From the NCBI GenBank assembly GCA_036276695.1, contig DASUOI010000030.1, positions 1 to 46,400 of the forward strand: a DNA stretch of 46,400 nucleotides. The letters are read 5' to 3'. Below the pieces are notes generated by a model. The model had not been told where the DNA came from. It did no database searches and saw nothing but the letters and a program-made list of their open reading frames with translations. Below, in pieces: positions 21,912 through 31,591 of this stretch (positions within the stretch are counted from its first letter, which is position 1; each line of letters opens with the position of its first letter). The DNA is from Candidatus Saccharimonadales bacterium. GTDB taxonomy: Bacteria > Patescibacteriota > Saccharimonadia > Saccharimonadales > 2-12-FULL-41-12. A program made the position numbers and the translations under genes.

Positions 21912-23129
21912 CTAAGACTTGGAAACGATTGTTTCAACTTGGCGGGAAGCGCTTTTTTTGACTGCGGGTAGATGTTTTTTTATAGCGGTGCTAATTTTCT
22001 GCTGGTCTTTAGATACATTTTCGAATGCTGCGTGCAAGGCTTTTTGATCAAGATTTTTAGAATCAAGCGCTGACTCTTTAAGACCGAACATGTCCATAAT
22101 TTCAGCGTATTTATGACTCCAGCCCAACACTAGCGGGGGCGTTCTCATACTAAGTGCTGCTATCATGGCATGGAAGCGTGATGTTACGGCTATATCGGCC
22201 TTTCCGATAATATGTCGGAGTTGCTGGGCTGAGAGCTCATCGTCAATGAAGGTAAAGTTTTTGTTATCTATACCTTTGGAAATATCCCGGCAGACAGGTA
22301 AATCGTTATTGTGCCGGGAATCACGGCCTTTACGTGCGCTATAGGCCATCAATAATACTTTATAGTCGCGCTCTAGAAGATATTTTATAAAGTCTCGGTT
22401 GTAACCTATATAATCTTCACCGCTCTTTTCAGTTTTCTTGCGAATCACTTCACTGGGCATAACAACAGCTGTCTTATGTTTTAAATCAAAATTGAATCCG
22501 TTTTGCTTGATGATTTGTTCAGCATGTTTTGCTTCTTCCTTGCTAGTTTCCATTAAAAAAGCGTAGTCGGTAGATTCTATGACATTCTTTAAGCCTAACT
22601 CCTTTAGATGCTTATAAGTCTGAGCGCCGCGGGCACAGATGGTGTCCACGTGTGGCAAGAGTAACTTAGCCGTAAATTTGTTTATCCAGGTATTGAACGG
22701 CCCCATGGCTTGGGAACATTTAATAACTCTGGTATTAGTAAAGATTCCCGGCAATATGGTTGCCACATTATAGATTAAAAATTTGGCCCGCCCGTCAACA
22801 AACGTTATACCGCCCTCATCCAGTAATACGTCAGCTTCAGCTAATGCTCTTATGTGCTTTTGTCGGCGGAGCAAAGGCCTTAGCGGTGGCAGAATCTTAT
22901 AAAGTAAAGCAAGCGGGTTTAGAACAAGTCCTAAGAATAACGGCTTTGCTGAGAGCAACTCAACCTTTTTATAATTATTGAATCTTCTATCATCCTCAGG
23001 ATATACGGTAAAGACAGAAAAAGTTGTCTTTGGGTCTTTAGCTGTTATCGTCTGGATAGACGCCTCCAGCATGGAGGCAGCACCCTTATTACCGGAAAAA
23101 GTAGAGCCGATTATTGCTATTTTCCTCAC
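21912..23129 (-). CDS. Polysaccharide pyruvyl transferase family protein (WcaK/CsaB-like)
   Basis: 'IAIIGSTFSGNKGAASMLE' is the N-terminus. 'VTSRFHAMIAALSMRTPPLVLGWSHKY' is the conserved C-terminal motif of PS_pyruv_trans. The GTG start overlaps the upstream TGA (GTGA). Confidence 0.8.
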   Translation of the reverse strand: MRKIAIIGSTFSGNKGAASMLEASIQTITAKDPKTTFSVFTVYPEDDRRFNNYKKVELLSAKPLFLGLVLNPLALLYKILPPLRPLLRRQKHIRALAEADVLLDEGGITFVDGRAKFLIYNVATILPGIFTNTRVIKCSQAMGPFNTWINKFTAKLLLPHVDTICARGAQTYKHLKELGLKNVIESTDYAFLMETSKEEAKHAEQIIKQNGFNFDLKHKTAVVMPSEVIRKKTEKSGEDYIGYNRDFIKYLLERDYKVLLMAYSARKGRDSRHNNDLPVCRDISKGIDNKNFTFIDDELSAQQLRHIIGKADIAVTSRFHAMIAALSMRTPPLVLGWSHKYAEIMDMFGLKESALDSKNLDQKALHAAFENVSKDQQKISTAIKKHLPAVKKSASRQVETIVSKS

Positions 23130-24061
23130 GTAGTATTACCTTCCGTACGCTTGAGCAGCAAATAAACTACGGCGGCTAAAATATCCGCTATTGTAGCGTA
23201 AAACCTGCTTACTATAGCTAAAATTACAGCTTGTTCTACGGGTATGTATGCGCTGGCAAACAAAACTATTACGGCTTCTCTTACGCCAAGACCGCTTGGA
23301 ACAAATATGGCCAGGACACCGACTATTCCTGCTAACACATAGAGAGAGCCAAAAACTATATATTGCGAAGCTGATATGTTGATCAGTGATTCAGCCACAA
23401 ATACAAACGCGGCACCGTTTATGATCCGGGGAATAATGAACAAAAGAAAGTATTTGATATTATCTTTGCTGTTTAACATCTCCTGTTGGCTTAGCTTTTG
23501 TTTTTTAGCCAGCTTAAAGAAAAAGTTTATAGCTTTAGTAAAAAACCAAGGGCTTAAAACAATAGCTACGAATGGTATGGATGCCAAAAGTGGAAGGAAT
23601 AAAGTTCCTCCTTCGCTGAATTTATTGCCTAAGGCAATAAACAAAATAGGAATGGTCGGTACTGTGGAAGCTAAAAGTAAGAATACATTTTCATAAACAA
23701 ACGAGGCTGTTATTTTTTTGCCATCAAGCTTTCTCTGTCTGCCCCAGGCAATTTTATTAATCAGCGAGCCAGCTTGTCCTGGTATATATTTTAGTAGCCA
23801 CGAAGCCAAATGCACCCTTATTGCTTCTCTAATTGGTATCTGGGCTTTGGTTAGCTTATCAACTATTTTCCCCCATAGTATTCCGGAAGATACTATTGAT
23901 AACACATACAAAATAACCGCTATAACTATTAAAAGATCCGGTTTTAAGCTAACCTCGCCTAGGTTGTTCCAGTTATTTTGCAAAGTTTTAGCAAAGAAGA
24001 ATATGACAACTGCCACTATAGCCCACGAAAAGAGCGTTTTATACAGTTTCAAGTATTTCAT
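23126..24061 (-). CDS. Flippase-like membrane protein (LPG_synthase_TM / UPF0104, MprF-flippase-domain family)
   Basis: 311 aa with about 8 TM helices. 'IPGQAGSLINKI' and 'FVPSGLGVREAVIVL' match the conserved P-x-G-G-x-G-x-RE signature. ATGA overlap with the nitroreductase gene. Confidence 0.65.
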   Translation of the reverse strand: MKYLKLYKTLFSWAIVAVVIFFFAKTLQNNWNNLGEVSLKPDLLIVIAVILYVLSIVSSGILWGKIVDKLTKAQIPIREAIRVHLASWLLKYIPGQAGSLINKIAWGRQRKLDGKKITASFVYENVFLLLASTVPTIPILFIALGNKFSEGGTLFLPLLASIPFVAIVLSPWFFTKAINFFFKLAKKQKLSQQEMLNSKDNIKYFLLFIIPRIINGAAFVFVAESLINISASQYIVFGSLYVLAGIVGVLAIFVPSGLGVREAVIVLFASAYIPVEQAVILAIVSRFYATIADILAAVVYLLLKRTEGNTT

Positions 24062-25143
24062 TTACCTATTTTGTTATAGGTTCTCAGCACATCCAAAGAT
24101 TTCTTTTGGGAATAAGCCACATACCCTTCCGGATCTGCATAACCTAAAGCTATCAACATAATCGGTCTTTCGTCCGGTGATAAACCTAATGTTTTTTGCA
24201 TCTTTGCTTCAAGGGGTTCAAAATCTGGCCAGTTTATTGAGCTTGAAGCCAGCCCTAGCGTCTCAAGCGCGTACATAAAAGGCATAACGGACAAAGCTGA
24301 ATCCACGTATATTAAATGTCTATCCCTTGGGCTAAAGTAATTCTCCTGCTTGCCTACAACCACTATGATCGTAGGTATATTGTCTCTATACCCAGCAGCG
24401 CCGAAAGGTATGGCGGCAACCTTCTTAACAAGTTTTGGGTCATCATATATTTTAAATTCGTAAGGCAGTCGATTGCAGGCCGACGGTGACTGTTCGGCTA
24501 CTAACAAGGCTTTATCTATAAGTTCTCTGGGTACCGGTTTTTGTTTGAACCATCGTACCGAGCGTCTTTGGTGCGATAACTCTAATAAGTCTTCATATTT
24601 AATCGGACTTTTTGGGTTTCCTCTTTTATAAGGCTTCTTGTCTATATCTTTGGGGGCAAAATCAATTTTTTTAAATTGATCGTGCAGTTTACTTATTGCT
24701 TTATCTTCATCTGAAACCTTTGAAAAGTATTCAGTCAATACATTTTGGGCCCATATAAGTTCGCTAATATCTACGCCGCTGTCATCATTCTTATAATCCC
24801 TGAGTGCCTTTTCATAAAACTCCACGGTTTCACCTATGTAGTCTTTAGCAAAAACCTTTCTTCTGGGTCGCATCAGCAAACCCTTTTCCAAGCGATGCGT
24901 GTTACGGCGGAGTTCGGAGCGGCTTTTTCTTTGCTTGTTCAGATTCTTATAATAATTTTTTCGTCCGTGTAAAACTGCGTATTGCTCCCGCGAAAAGCTA
25001 AAGAATCCAACCCAATGATACACAACGCTTGATAAGCGGCTGAAGCTGCCTAGTCGGGTAATAAATAAAGACAAAGCCTCATACGTTTTTCGTATCAGCT
25101 TTATAGACAACAGAAATACTACGAGTTTCTTGAGTTTTTTCAT
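24058..25143 (-). CDS. Nitroreductase-family flavoprotein with a ~170-aa N-terminal extension
   Basis: 'RRSVRWFKQKPVPRELIDKALLVAEQSPSACNRLPYEF' is the typical FMN nitroreductase N-terminal motif. I chose the ATG at 25143 ('MKKLKKLVVFLL'); the ORF extends to 25239. Confidence 0.7.
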   Translation of the reverse strand: MKKLKKLVVFLLSIKLIRKTYEALSLFITRLGSFSRLSSVVYHWVGFFSFSREQYAVLHGRKNYYKNLNKQRKSRSELRRNTHRLEKGLLMRPRRKVFAKDYIGETVEFYEKALRDYKNDDSGVDISELIWAQNVLTEYFSKVSDEDKAISKLHDQFKKIDFAPKDIDKKPYKRGNPKSPIKYEDLLELSHQRRSVRWFKQKPVPRELIDKALLVAEQSPSACNRLPYEFKIYDDPKLVKKVAAIPFGAAGYRDNIPTIIVVVGKQENYFSPRDRHLIYVDSALSVMPFMYALETLGLASSSINWPDFEPLEAKMQKTLGLSPDERPIMLIALGYADPEGYVAYSQKKSLDVLRTYNKIGK

Positions 25144-25268
25144 ATTACTATGTTGATTAATTATATCAGTTAGGCTTGATCTAGATACTAATTCTTGTTT
25201 TTGGTTGGTTGGTTTATAATAGCGCTGTAATAGAAGCAAGCTGGGATATAGAATTTTAATACTGTTAT

Positions 25269-26075
25269 ATGGGTTTTAGATTTCAAAAAAAATCAAAAGA
25301 TAGTAAGCAAGCACAGGCGCCGATTATTATTTATGGCCCGCCTCGTTCCGGTACCACATATCTGGGAGAAATAGTCAGCCAGCATCCGGAAGTATTCATC
25401 TCCAATGAATATCGAATTTTCACTTGGCTGCACCAATCAACTCATGTTTTGCCCGACATTGACGATATGGTCCTACACTCCCGCAAAGGATTCAAAAAAT
25501 TTATAGATAAAGAAGTGCCCCCTTTGATAAGAAAGTTTTATGCACAAAAACATCCGCACATTAAATACTGGGGCGATAAAAACCCTTTCTACGGAGGAGA
25601 CATCGGGCGGCTTAGAACCATTGCCGAATATTTTCCCGATGCAAAATTCATTAATATTGTTCGCGACGGCCGGGATGTCGTGACTTCGTTAATGAATAAA
25701 AAATGGGAAGACGGCCGACCTTGGGCAGATTTCGACACGGCCCACCAAGTCTGGAACAGCAACATAAAAAACGGACTGGAATTTGCTAAAGAAGCTAAAA
25801 AGAAAAACCATTATCTTATTAAATATGAAGATTTGGTTAAAGATGATTTAAGCGAAGCTAAAAAAATCTTTAAATTTCTAGAGATAGATTGGCGCAAACC
25901 TGTTGAAAAATACTGCCTTCAGCAACAAAAAGAACGAACTATTGTGAGCAAGCCTGTAAGGGACATCCGTAAAGATGCTGGCGCCTCCCTGTGGGCAGAT
26001 AAACTTACAAAAACCCAGCAAAAAAAGAGTATGTCTTTACTAAAAGAGAATCTGAAGAACCTAAAATACTTGTAA
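25269..26075 (+). CDS. PAPS-dependent sulfotransferase
   Basis: 5'-PSB loop 'IIIYGPPRSGTTYLGE' and 3'-PB motif 'INIVRDGRDVVTSL'. Length is 268 aa. Confidence 0.8.
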   Translation: MGFRFQKKSKDSKQAQAPIIIYGPPRSGTTYLGEIVSQHPEVFISNEYRIFTWLHQSTHVLPDIDDMVLHSRKGFKKFIDKEVPPLIRKFYAQKHPHIKYWGDKNPFYGGDIGRLRTIAEYFPDAKFINIVRDGRDVVTSLMNKKWEDGRPWADFDTAHQVWNSNIKNGLEFAKEAKKKNHYLIKYEDLVKDDLSEAKKIFKFLEIDWRKPVEKYCLQQQKERTIVSKPVRDIRKDAGASLWADKLTKTQQKKSMSLLKENLKNLKYL

Positions 26076-26107
26076 GCAGGATATATAAAAATGTTAGAGT
26101 TATTGCA

Positions 26108-28252
26108 GTGAAATCAGGAAAATTCTCCAGTTTATTTTGGACAATAGTCGGCGGCGTGCCCTTGGCCATACCCGTAGGGATGGCGATCTTCGGAGTAATT
26201 TTAACCGCTTTGCTTCTTGCCCATAATTTTTCCAGCTTATGGATATTTATACTTTCCTCCCTGTTTATAATCCCCGCTATTGTTTATATTTTTAAAATTT
26301 ACGACCACTCAGGGCCCGGCACACAAACCGAGAAAAATCTTTTTAATATTTTAGTCATTATATTCGCCCTTGGGTGGGTTATCTTTAATGCTCAATTCGT
26401 TTCTCAGAACGTTTTTATAGATAGGGACCCGGGATTTTATAACGTAGCCGGCAAATGGCTGGTAGATCATGATTCTACTGATGTTAATGTCGAAATGGTG
26501 TTCGGCAAGAACGAACGTCTGTCTGCCCAAGAAGGCGGCATGTGGTTAAAAGCCGGGCAAGATCTTTCAGGTGATTCGCAAATCATACAGCCGCAGGGTA
26601 TGCATTTGTTTTCAGCGATATTGGGCGTAGCCGGGCGAATTGCTGGCGACCAAGCACTTTTAAGAGCAAACGTGGTTATAGGCGGTATGGCCCTGCTGGC
26701 GTTTTACGGATTTGCCAGGCTGGTAATACGCCCGAGATGGGCTATGCTCGCCACTGCCGTACTTGGGTTCTCCATGCCTATGATTTACTTTTCCAGGGAC
26801 ACTTATACAGAACCGCTGGCGCTGTTATTCGCTTCCGGGGGGCTAGCTTTATTCTTAACAGCTTATAAAAAGCTCCCGGGTGTTAATAAATTTCTATGGA
26901 TAATGTCGGGCTTGTCGGCAGGTGCTACCGGCCTGGCTAGAGCAGACGGCTTTTTTGTATTGATAGCCTGTGTATTGTTTATCGTATTGGCATTATTCCT
27001 TAGAAGAAAGATACAGAAATCTCTTATCCAATCCGGCGCTTTGTTTATGTTCGGAGCGCTAATATCCATTGTGGTCGCTTGGCTGGATATAACAAGACTC
27101 ACTACCGCGTACTACAACGGCCACGGTTCTGAGGTTAGATACCAGCTGCTGCTGTTGGGAATTATTATTATTTTTGGCGGGCTGGCTTATGCCTTAAGAA
27201 AATACATTTACAAATTATTTGCCTCCAGCACTTTTAAAAAAATTAATAACCCCTTGCTTGTCTCAAGCGCTCTATTTGCAGGATTTATAGCTATTGTTAC
27301 AAGACCTTTTTGGATGCGGGAGGTTTCGTTTTTAAAACCATTTACTTACGGTAAATACAGCACGAATCATTCGGTCAGCGTGGTACAGGAAAAACAGGGT
27401 ATTCCTATAGAGCCAAGGAACTACTCTGAAACTACCGTAGATTGGATAGAGTGGTACATAGGCGGCGCGTTGCTTGCTTTGGCTATAGTCGGCCTGATCC
27501 TAATGATATATCGGGTTTATAACAAAAAAAGGTTCGAGTATTTACCAATCTTGATATTAGGGATAATGACATCAACGCTTTTCTTCATCTATCCAAGTAT
27601 AACTGCAGACCATATATGGGCGGACCGGCGATTCCTGCCAATAATAATCCCTATTTTTATCATTGCCGGGTTTTTTGCCGTCAGTGAAATTTTTGATTTC
27701 TTCATGTCTAAGCTCTCAAAACTACATACGGTTTTGATATTTCTTGCCGTAGGTCTATTCCTGGTAATTCCTCCTTTGAAAACTTCAAAGCCACTATTAA
27801 TAAGAGCCGAGAGGAATCAAAATTATGCCGCGGTTGATAAATTTTGCTCTGAGCTGCCAAAAGATTCCGCTGTTTTGTGGCTTGATAGAGGCACTCTAGG
27901 CTTAGCCGCCGTACAGACTACTAGGTCTTATTGCGAAGCTGAGGCCATAGGTTATACGTACAAAAAGAACGGGGAAAATAATAACGACCGTTATATCATC
28001 AAAAAAAGTGATCTTAAATCAGCTTATCAAGAAGCTAAAAAGCGCGGCCTAACTCCGATTATAGTTATGCAGGGCGACAGGAAGATTGAAGTTGAAAAAA
28101 ACATATCCGGAAATCTTACCACGGTAGCAACCACAGCTAACAATATTTTAGAAAGATCTTTGCTCCATCCGCCCACCTATATGCAGATAGAACATAACTC
28201 TATTTTAGTGGGCTACATAAACAGCGACGGAACCGTAAGTCCTCTTTATTAA
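26108..28252 (+). CDS. Large polytopic membrane protein, GT-C-fold glycosyltransferase-like (ArnT/PMT/YfhO-like), with a C-terminal extracytoplasmic domain
   Basis: 714 aa with at least 12 TM helices. The first extracytoplasmic loop has an acidic motif, 'FIDRDPGFYNVAGKWL'. The soluble C-terminal ~130 aa follow. The GTG start is uncertain. Confidence 0.5.
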   Translation: MKSGKFSSLFWTIVGGVPLAIPVGMAIFGVILTALLLAHNFSSLWIFILSSLFIIPAIVYIFKIYDHSGPGTQTEKNLFNILVIIFALGWVIFNAQFVSQNVFIDRDPGFYNVAGKWLVDHDSTDVNVEMVFGKNERLSAQEGGMWLKAGQDLSGDSQIIQPQGMHLFSAILGVAGRIAGDQALLRANVVIGGMALLAFYGFARLVIRPRWAMLATAVLGFSMPMIYFSRDTYTEPLALLFASGGLALFLTAYKKLPGVNKFLWIMSGLSAGATGLARADGFFVLIACVLFIVLALFLRRKIQKSLIQSGALFMFGALISIVVAWLDITRLTTAYYNGHGSEVRYQLLLLGIIIIFGGLAYALRKYIYKLFASSTFKKINNPLLVSSALFAGFIAIVTRPFWMREVSFLKPFTYGKYSTNHSVSVVQEKQGIPIEPRNYSETTVDWIEWYIGGALLALAIVGLILMIYRVYNKKRFEYLPILILGIMTSTLFFIYPSITADHIWADRRFLPIIIPIFIIAGFFAVSEIFDFFMSKLSKLHTVLIFLAVGLFLVIPPLKTSKPLLIRAERNQNYAAVDKFCSELPKDSAVLWLDRGTLGLAAVQTTRSYCEAEAIGYTYKKNGENNNDRYIIKKSDLKSAYQEAKKRGLTPIIVMQGDRKIEVEKNISGNLTTVATTANNILERSLLHPPTYMQIEHNSILVGYINSDGTVSPLY

Positions 28253-28314
28253 ATTACCTGTTTACTTTTTTGACAATAAATGTTATAGTGAAAGAGTTAA
28301 GCACAAAAACAAAA

Positions 28315-28857
28315 ATGTCAAAAACAAAAATAATAATACTATCGATTGTAGCCCTAGCTCTCTTAGGCGGAGGGGTGGCGGCTTATTACTATAGATATGT
28401 TGATAAAGATAAAGCCGAAACTGCAGACACGACGCATAATGATAATATCAATTACTCTCCTCCGACAGAGCAGGAAAAAAAGGAAACCGAAGAACATAAA
28501 AAATCCCTTGCAGAAGATAAGGCTCCAACAAATAATCCTACCGGCAATAGTCCAAGTACCAAGAAAAGTGTAACACCAGTCATAGTCTCTTACGGACAGG
28601 CTTCCGGTAATGTGGAGGTAAGCGCTAGAGTTCCGGGAGTCATTGAGTCAAACGGCACCTGTAAATTAACTTTAACTAAAGGTTCCGACAGCGTATCCCA
28701 AAGCAAGAAAGCCACGCCTAACGCCTCTGATACCAGCTGCGGATTTATATCCATACCGCGCAGTAAGTTAAGTTCTGGTTCATGGTCAGCTAAAGTCAGT
28801 TATTCTTCTTCTAAGGCAGAGGGGGTATCGGCCGCCAAAACGATAAAGGTACAATAA
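28315..28857 (+). CDS. Membrane-anchored extracytoplasmic protein with an S/T/P/K-rich linker and a beta-rich 2-Cys C-terminal domain; unknown function
   Basis: The ATG at 28315 gives 'MSKTKIIILSIVALALLGGGVAAYYY' (signal anchor). The linker is 'SPPTEQEKKETEE...APTNNPTGNSPSTKKSVTP'. I recognise no family. Confidence 0.5.
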   Translation: MSKTKIIILSIVALALLGGGVAAYYYRYVDKDKAETADTTHNDNINYSPPTEQEKKETEEHKKSLAEDKAPTNNPTGNSPSTKKSVTPVIVSYGQASGNVEVSARVPGVIESNGTCKLTLTKGSDSVSQSKKATPNASDTSCGFISIPRSKLSSGSWSAKVSYSSSKAEGVSAAKTIKVQ

Positions 28858-28861
28858 GCAT

Positions 28862-30574
28862 ATGGTAAAAAAAGTCCGCCTACTACTCATCACAGCTCTG
28901 GTTTCTGTCTTATCTTTAGGCGGTTTATTTGTCTTCGTAGAACCTGCTACATCCTCGGCTTTGTCTGGCAGTAAGTTCAGGGCCGGACAAATCATAGACG
29001 ATAATGTTTTCTTTAGAAAACAAACGATGAGCGCCAGCCAGATACAGGCGTTTTTAAACAGCAAGGTCCCGGTTTGTGATACAAACCATCCTAAAACCTC
29101 AAGTTCAAAAGATTCAGGACCACCTTATACATGCCTCAAGTCTTATAGAGATGACATCAAGTCCAAGCCTGCAGAATCGGGCCTGTGCGATGCACTTAGC
29201 GCCCAGTCTAATCAGCTGGCATCTGTAATTATCTACAAAGTCGGTAAGGCCTGCGGCGTCAGCCAGAAAGCCCTGCTTGTACTTCTGCAAAAGGAGCAAA
29301 GCTTGGTAACTGACACTTGGCCGTGGGACATTCAATACAGAAGCGCTACCGGCTACGGTTGCCCTGACAGTGCGCCTTGCGACAGTGAATATTACGGTTT
29401 CTTTAACCAAGTATATAAAGCCGCCTGGCAATTTAAACGCTACGCTAAATTTCCGAATTCATATAACCACAAGAAAGGCTTCACCAGCTTTGTCCAATAT
29501 CACCCCAATGCCGGGTGCGGTGGTAAGAATGTCAATATGAAAACTAAAGCCACTGCGGGACTTTATAACTATACCCCTTATACGCCAAATCAAGCCGCTT
29601 TAAATAACTTATACGGTACGGGAAATAGCTGTAGCGCTTATGGAAATCGCAACTTTTGGAGAATGTATAACGACTGGTTTGGCAGCCCTTATAAGAAGCT
29701 TAATTACAGACTTATAGAATGTGAGGGTGAGAAATATATGGTTGAGAGATGGAAGCCGCGAAAGAGACCGCTTACGGATAATGCTGTGCGTGAATTCGGT
29801 TTTGAAGAATATGAGTTCAACACAGATGATCGTGGTTGTGATTATCCAGCTTATTCAAACGCATTGGACACTATTGTCCGCTCCAGAGATTCAATAAAGA
29901 GCTACATGCTTAATTCAGGAAGTTATCATTACCTACAAAGCAGGTCTGTAGCCCACGCCTGGGGATATGTTGATATTTACGATAATAGAGACCTGAAACC
30001 ACGGCTGGACGGCGACACCATAGATGATTTTGAACTTCCAGGCAAAACTCCGCGTCTAGCAGAGTCTGCAAATACCGGCAAAGTTTATTTACTTAGCGAA
30101 GGCAAAATTTACCATATAAGTGGTACGCCCTCCTCAGTGGCAACTTTAAGGTTAGTGAGAGGCAACGGTAACATACCAATGAAAACTTTCTCTGGCGAAC
30201 ATTTAAGCTACCTTAAGACTAACAATGGCGAAGGCGTCAGTATTGTTTCCGGGTTCCGCGTCAATGAATCTGCATGGTATCTTTTTGACTACGGGAAGGT
30301 CAGAAGAGTCAGTACTATGCATTATCCCAACAGGTGGAATGTCTCTGGCGTGTTTGAAGGTCCCGATCTGGCTTCAGACACAGCAAAGTACTTTAACCCG
30401 CGCGAAGGCTTAGGCAAAGGCTTCCGCAAAGGAGACAGCTATTACATAGTCGCTTCAGGTGGAGATGTATTGTCCACAACTAACTTCCCTACGGCTTACC
30501 GTTGGGGCGTCACTAAAGAGGTTGAGGTTACAAACTTATTTAAAAACAACGTGCAGACGCTGAACTCACCATAG
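28862..30574 (+). CDS. Secreted protein with a conserved Cys-containing N-terminal domain and C-terminal beta-hairpin-like repeats; unknown function
   Basis: N-terminal signal or TM segment. 'FRAGQIIDDNVFF...MSASQIQAFLN' and 'LLVLLQKEQSLVT...GYGCPDS.PC...YYGFFNQVY' form a module I recall from uncharacterised Gram-positive wall-associated proteins. The C-terminus has repeated 'GKVYLLSEGKIYHIS', 'AWYLFDYGKVRRVS' and 'DSYYIVASGGDVLS' units. Confidence 0.5.
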   Translation: MVKKVRLLLITALVSVLSLGGLFVFVEPATSSALSGSKFRAGQIIDDNVFFRKQTMSASQIQAFLNSKVPVCDTNHPKTSSSKDSGPPYTCLKSYRDDIKSKPAESGLCDALSAQSNQLASVIIYKVGKACGVSQKALLVLLQKEQSLVTDTWPWDIQYRSATGYGCPDSAPCDSEYYGFFNQVYKAAWQFKRYAKFPNSYNHKKGFTSFVQYHPNAGCGGKNVNMKTKATAGLYNYTPYTPNQAALNNLYGTGNSCSAYGNRNFWRMYNDWFGSPYKKLNYRLIECEGEKYMVERWKPRKRPLTDNAVREFGFEEYEFNTDDRGCDYPAYSNALDTIVRSRDSIKSYMLNSGSYHYLQSRSVAHAWGYVDIYDNRDLKPRLDGDTIDDFELPGKTPRLAESANTGKVYLLSEGKIYHISGTPSSVATLRLVRGNGNIPMKTFSGEHLSYLKTNNGEGVSIVSGFRVNESAWYLFDYGKVRRVSTMHYPNRWNVSGVFEGPDLASDTAKYFNPREGLGKGFRKGDSYYIVASGGDVLSTTNFPTAYRWGVTKEVEVTNLFKNNVQTLNSP

Positions 30575-30619
30575 ATTAGTTTTAGGCTTTAGTTCTAAAA
30601 CTATATTATTATAGATCAG

Positions 30620-31591
30620 ATGAGTTCAAACCACCCGACTGTTTCCATTGTTGTATTAAACTGGAATGGCAAAAAGTTTATTGATCCTTTTGTTGAATCT
30701 TTTAAGAAGCTCAATTACCCTTCGGATAAACTTGAGTTAATATTTACTGACAATGATTCGTCTGATGGTTCGGTTGAGTATATAAAGAAAAAATATAAAA
30801 GCCTAAAACAACTTAAGGTTATTCAAACTGGCGGAAATTACGGTTACGCAGGCGGTAATAACCGTGGTATGAAGCATGCCACAGGAGATTATGTCCTGGT
30901 TTGCAATAACGACCTCATACTTGACCCTAAGCTTGTAGATGAGCTTGTGAAAGAAGCTAAGTCAAAGTCATCCGCTATTACCGTGCCTAAGCTTATGTTT
31001 TTAAACAAGCCGGGCTATATAAACAATGCCGGGTCTATGCTTGAAGCAAATAACATCTGGCCTGTTAAAGAAAGAGGCTTTGACCAGAAAGATTCAAAAG
31101 AGTTCGAGAAAACGGTAGAAATAACCGCTTTTTGCGGGGCCTGTGTGCTGTTTGAGCGCAGATTTCTTGAGGATGTCGGTTTGTTCGATGGCAAGTTCTT
31201 TATGTATTTTGAAGATGGAGATTTATCATGGCGCGGTCAAAAATCGGGGTATAAATATTACATTGCCCCAAAAGCGCTTGCCTTTCACGAACATACCGGT
31301 ACAAGCAAGGAAGGATCGCCTCTTTTTAACTACTATGTGGGGAGAAACCGCTTGTTGATACTGATGAAAAATGCTAAGTTTAGAGTCGTTTTCAAAGCTT
31401 GGCTGGTCGTACTGCACAACCAGTTGTATGTAAAAGTTAGAAAGTTTCTACGCTCTGTCATACGAAAAAATAACCGCAAAGAAAACGGAAAGGACCTCTT
31501 GTTGGGAATTAAAGTAGTAGCCTCCGCCCTTCTTTTTGCGCCATATTGTTATCTAAAGCGCTGGAAACTACTCCCTGAGGAAAAACTATGA
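30620..31591 (+). CDS. GT2 glycosyltransferase (rhamnosyltransferase-like, WbbL-type)
   Basis: 'VSIVVLNWNGKKF', 'TDNDSSDGS', 'NYGYAGGNN' and 'FMYFEDGDLSWR' fit the GT2_7-type pattern. Confidence 0.85.
   Translation: MSSNHPTVSIVVLNWNGKKFIDPFVESFKKLNYPSDKLELIFTDNDSSDGSVEYIKKKYKSLKQLKVIQTGGNYGYAGGNNRGMKHATGDYVLVCNNDLILDPKLVDELVKEAKSKSSAITVPKLMFLNKPGYINNAGSMLEANNIWPVKERGFDQKDSKEFEKTVEITAFCGACVLFERRFLEDVGLFDGKFFMYFEDGDLSWRGQKSGYKYYIAPKALAFHEHTGTSKEGSPLFNYYVGRNRLLILMKNAKFRVVFKAWLVVLHNQLYVKVRKFLRSVIRKNNRKENGKDLLLGIKVVASALLFAPYCYLKRWKLLPEEKL

Noticed and set aside
26108-28252. The GT-C-like protein as a PglB/AglB-type N-oligosaccharyltransferase that would serve the sequon-rich protein at 43791-44234.
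   Set aside because: It has no WWDYG-type motif or other STT3 hallmark. 'DWIEWYIGG' is not a match. It is kept only as a generic GT-C-like protein.
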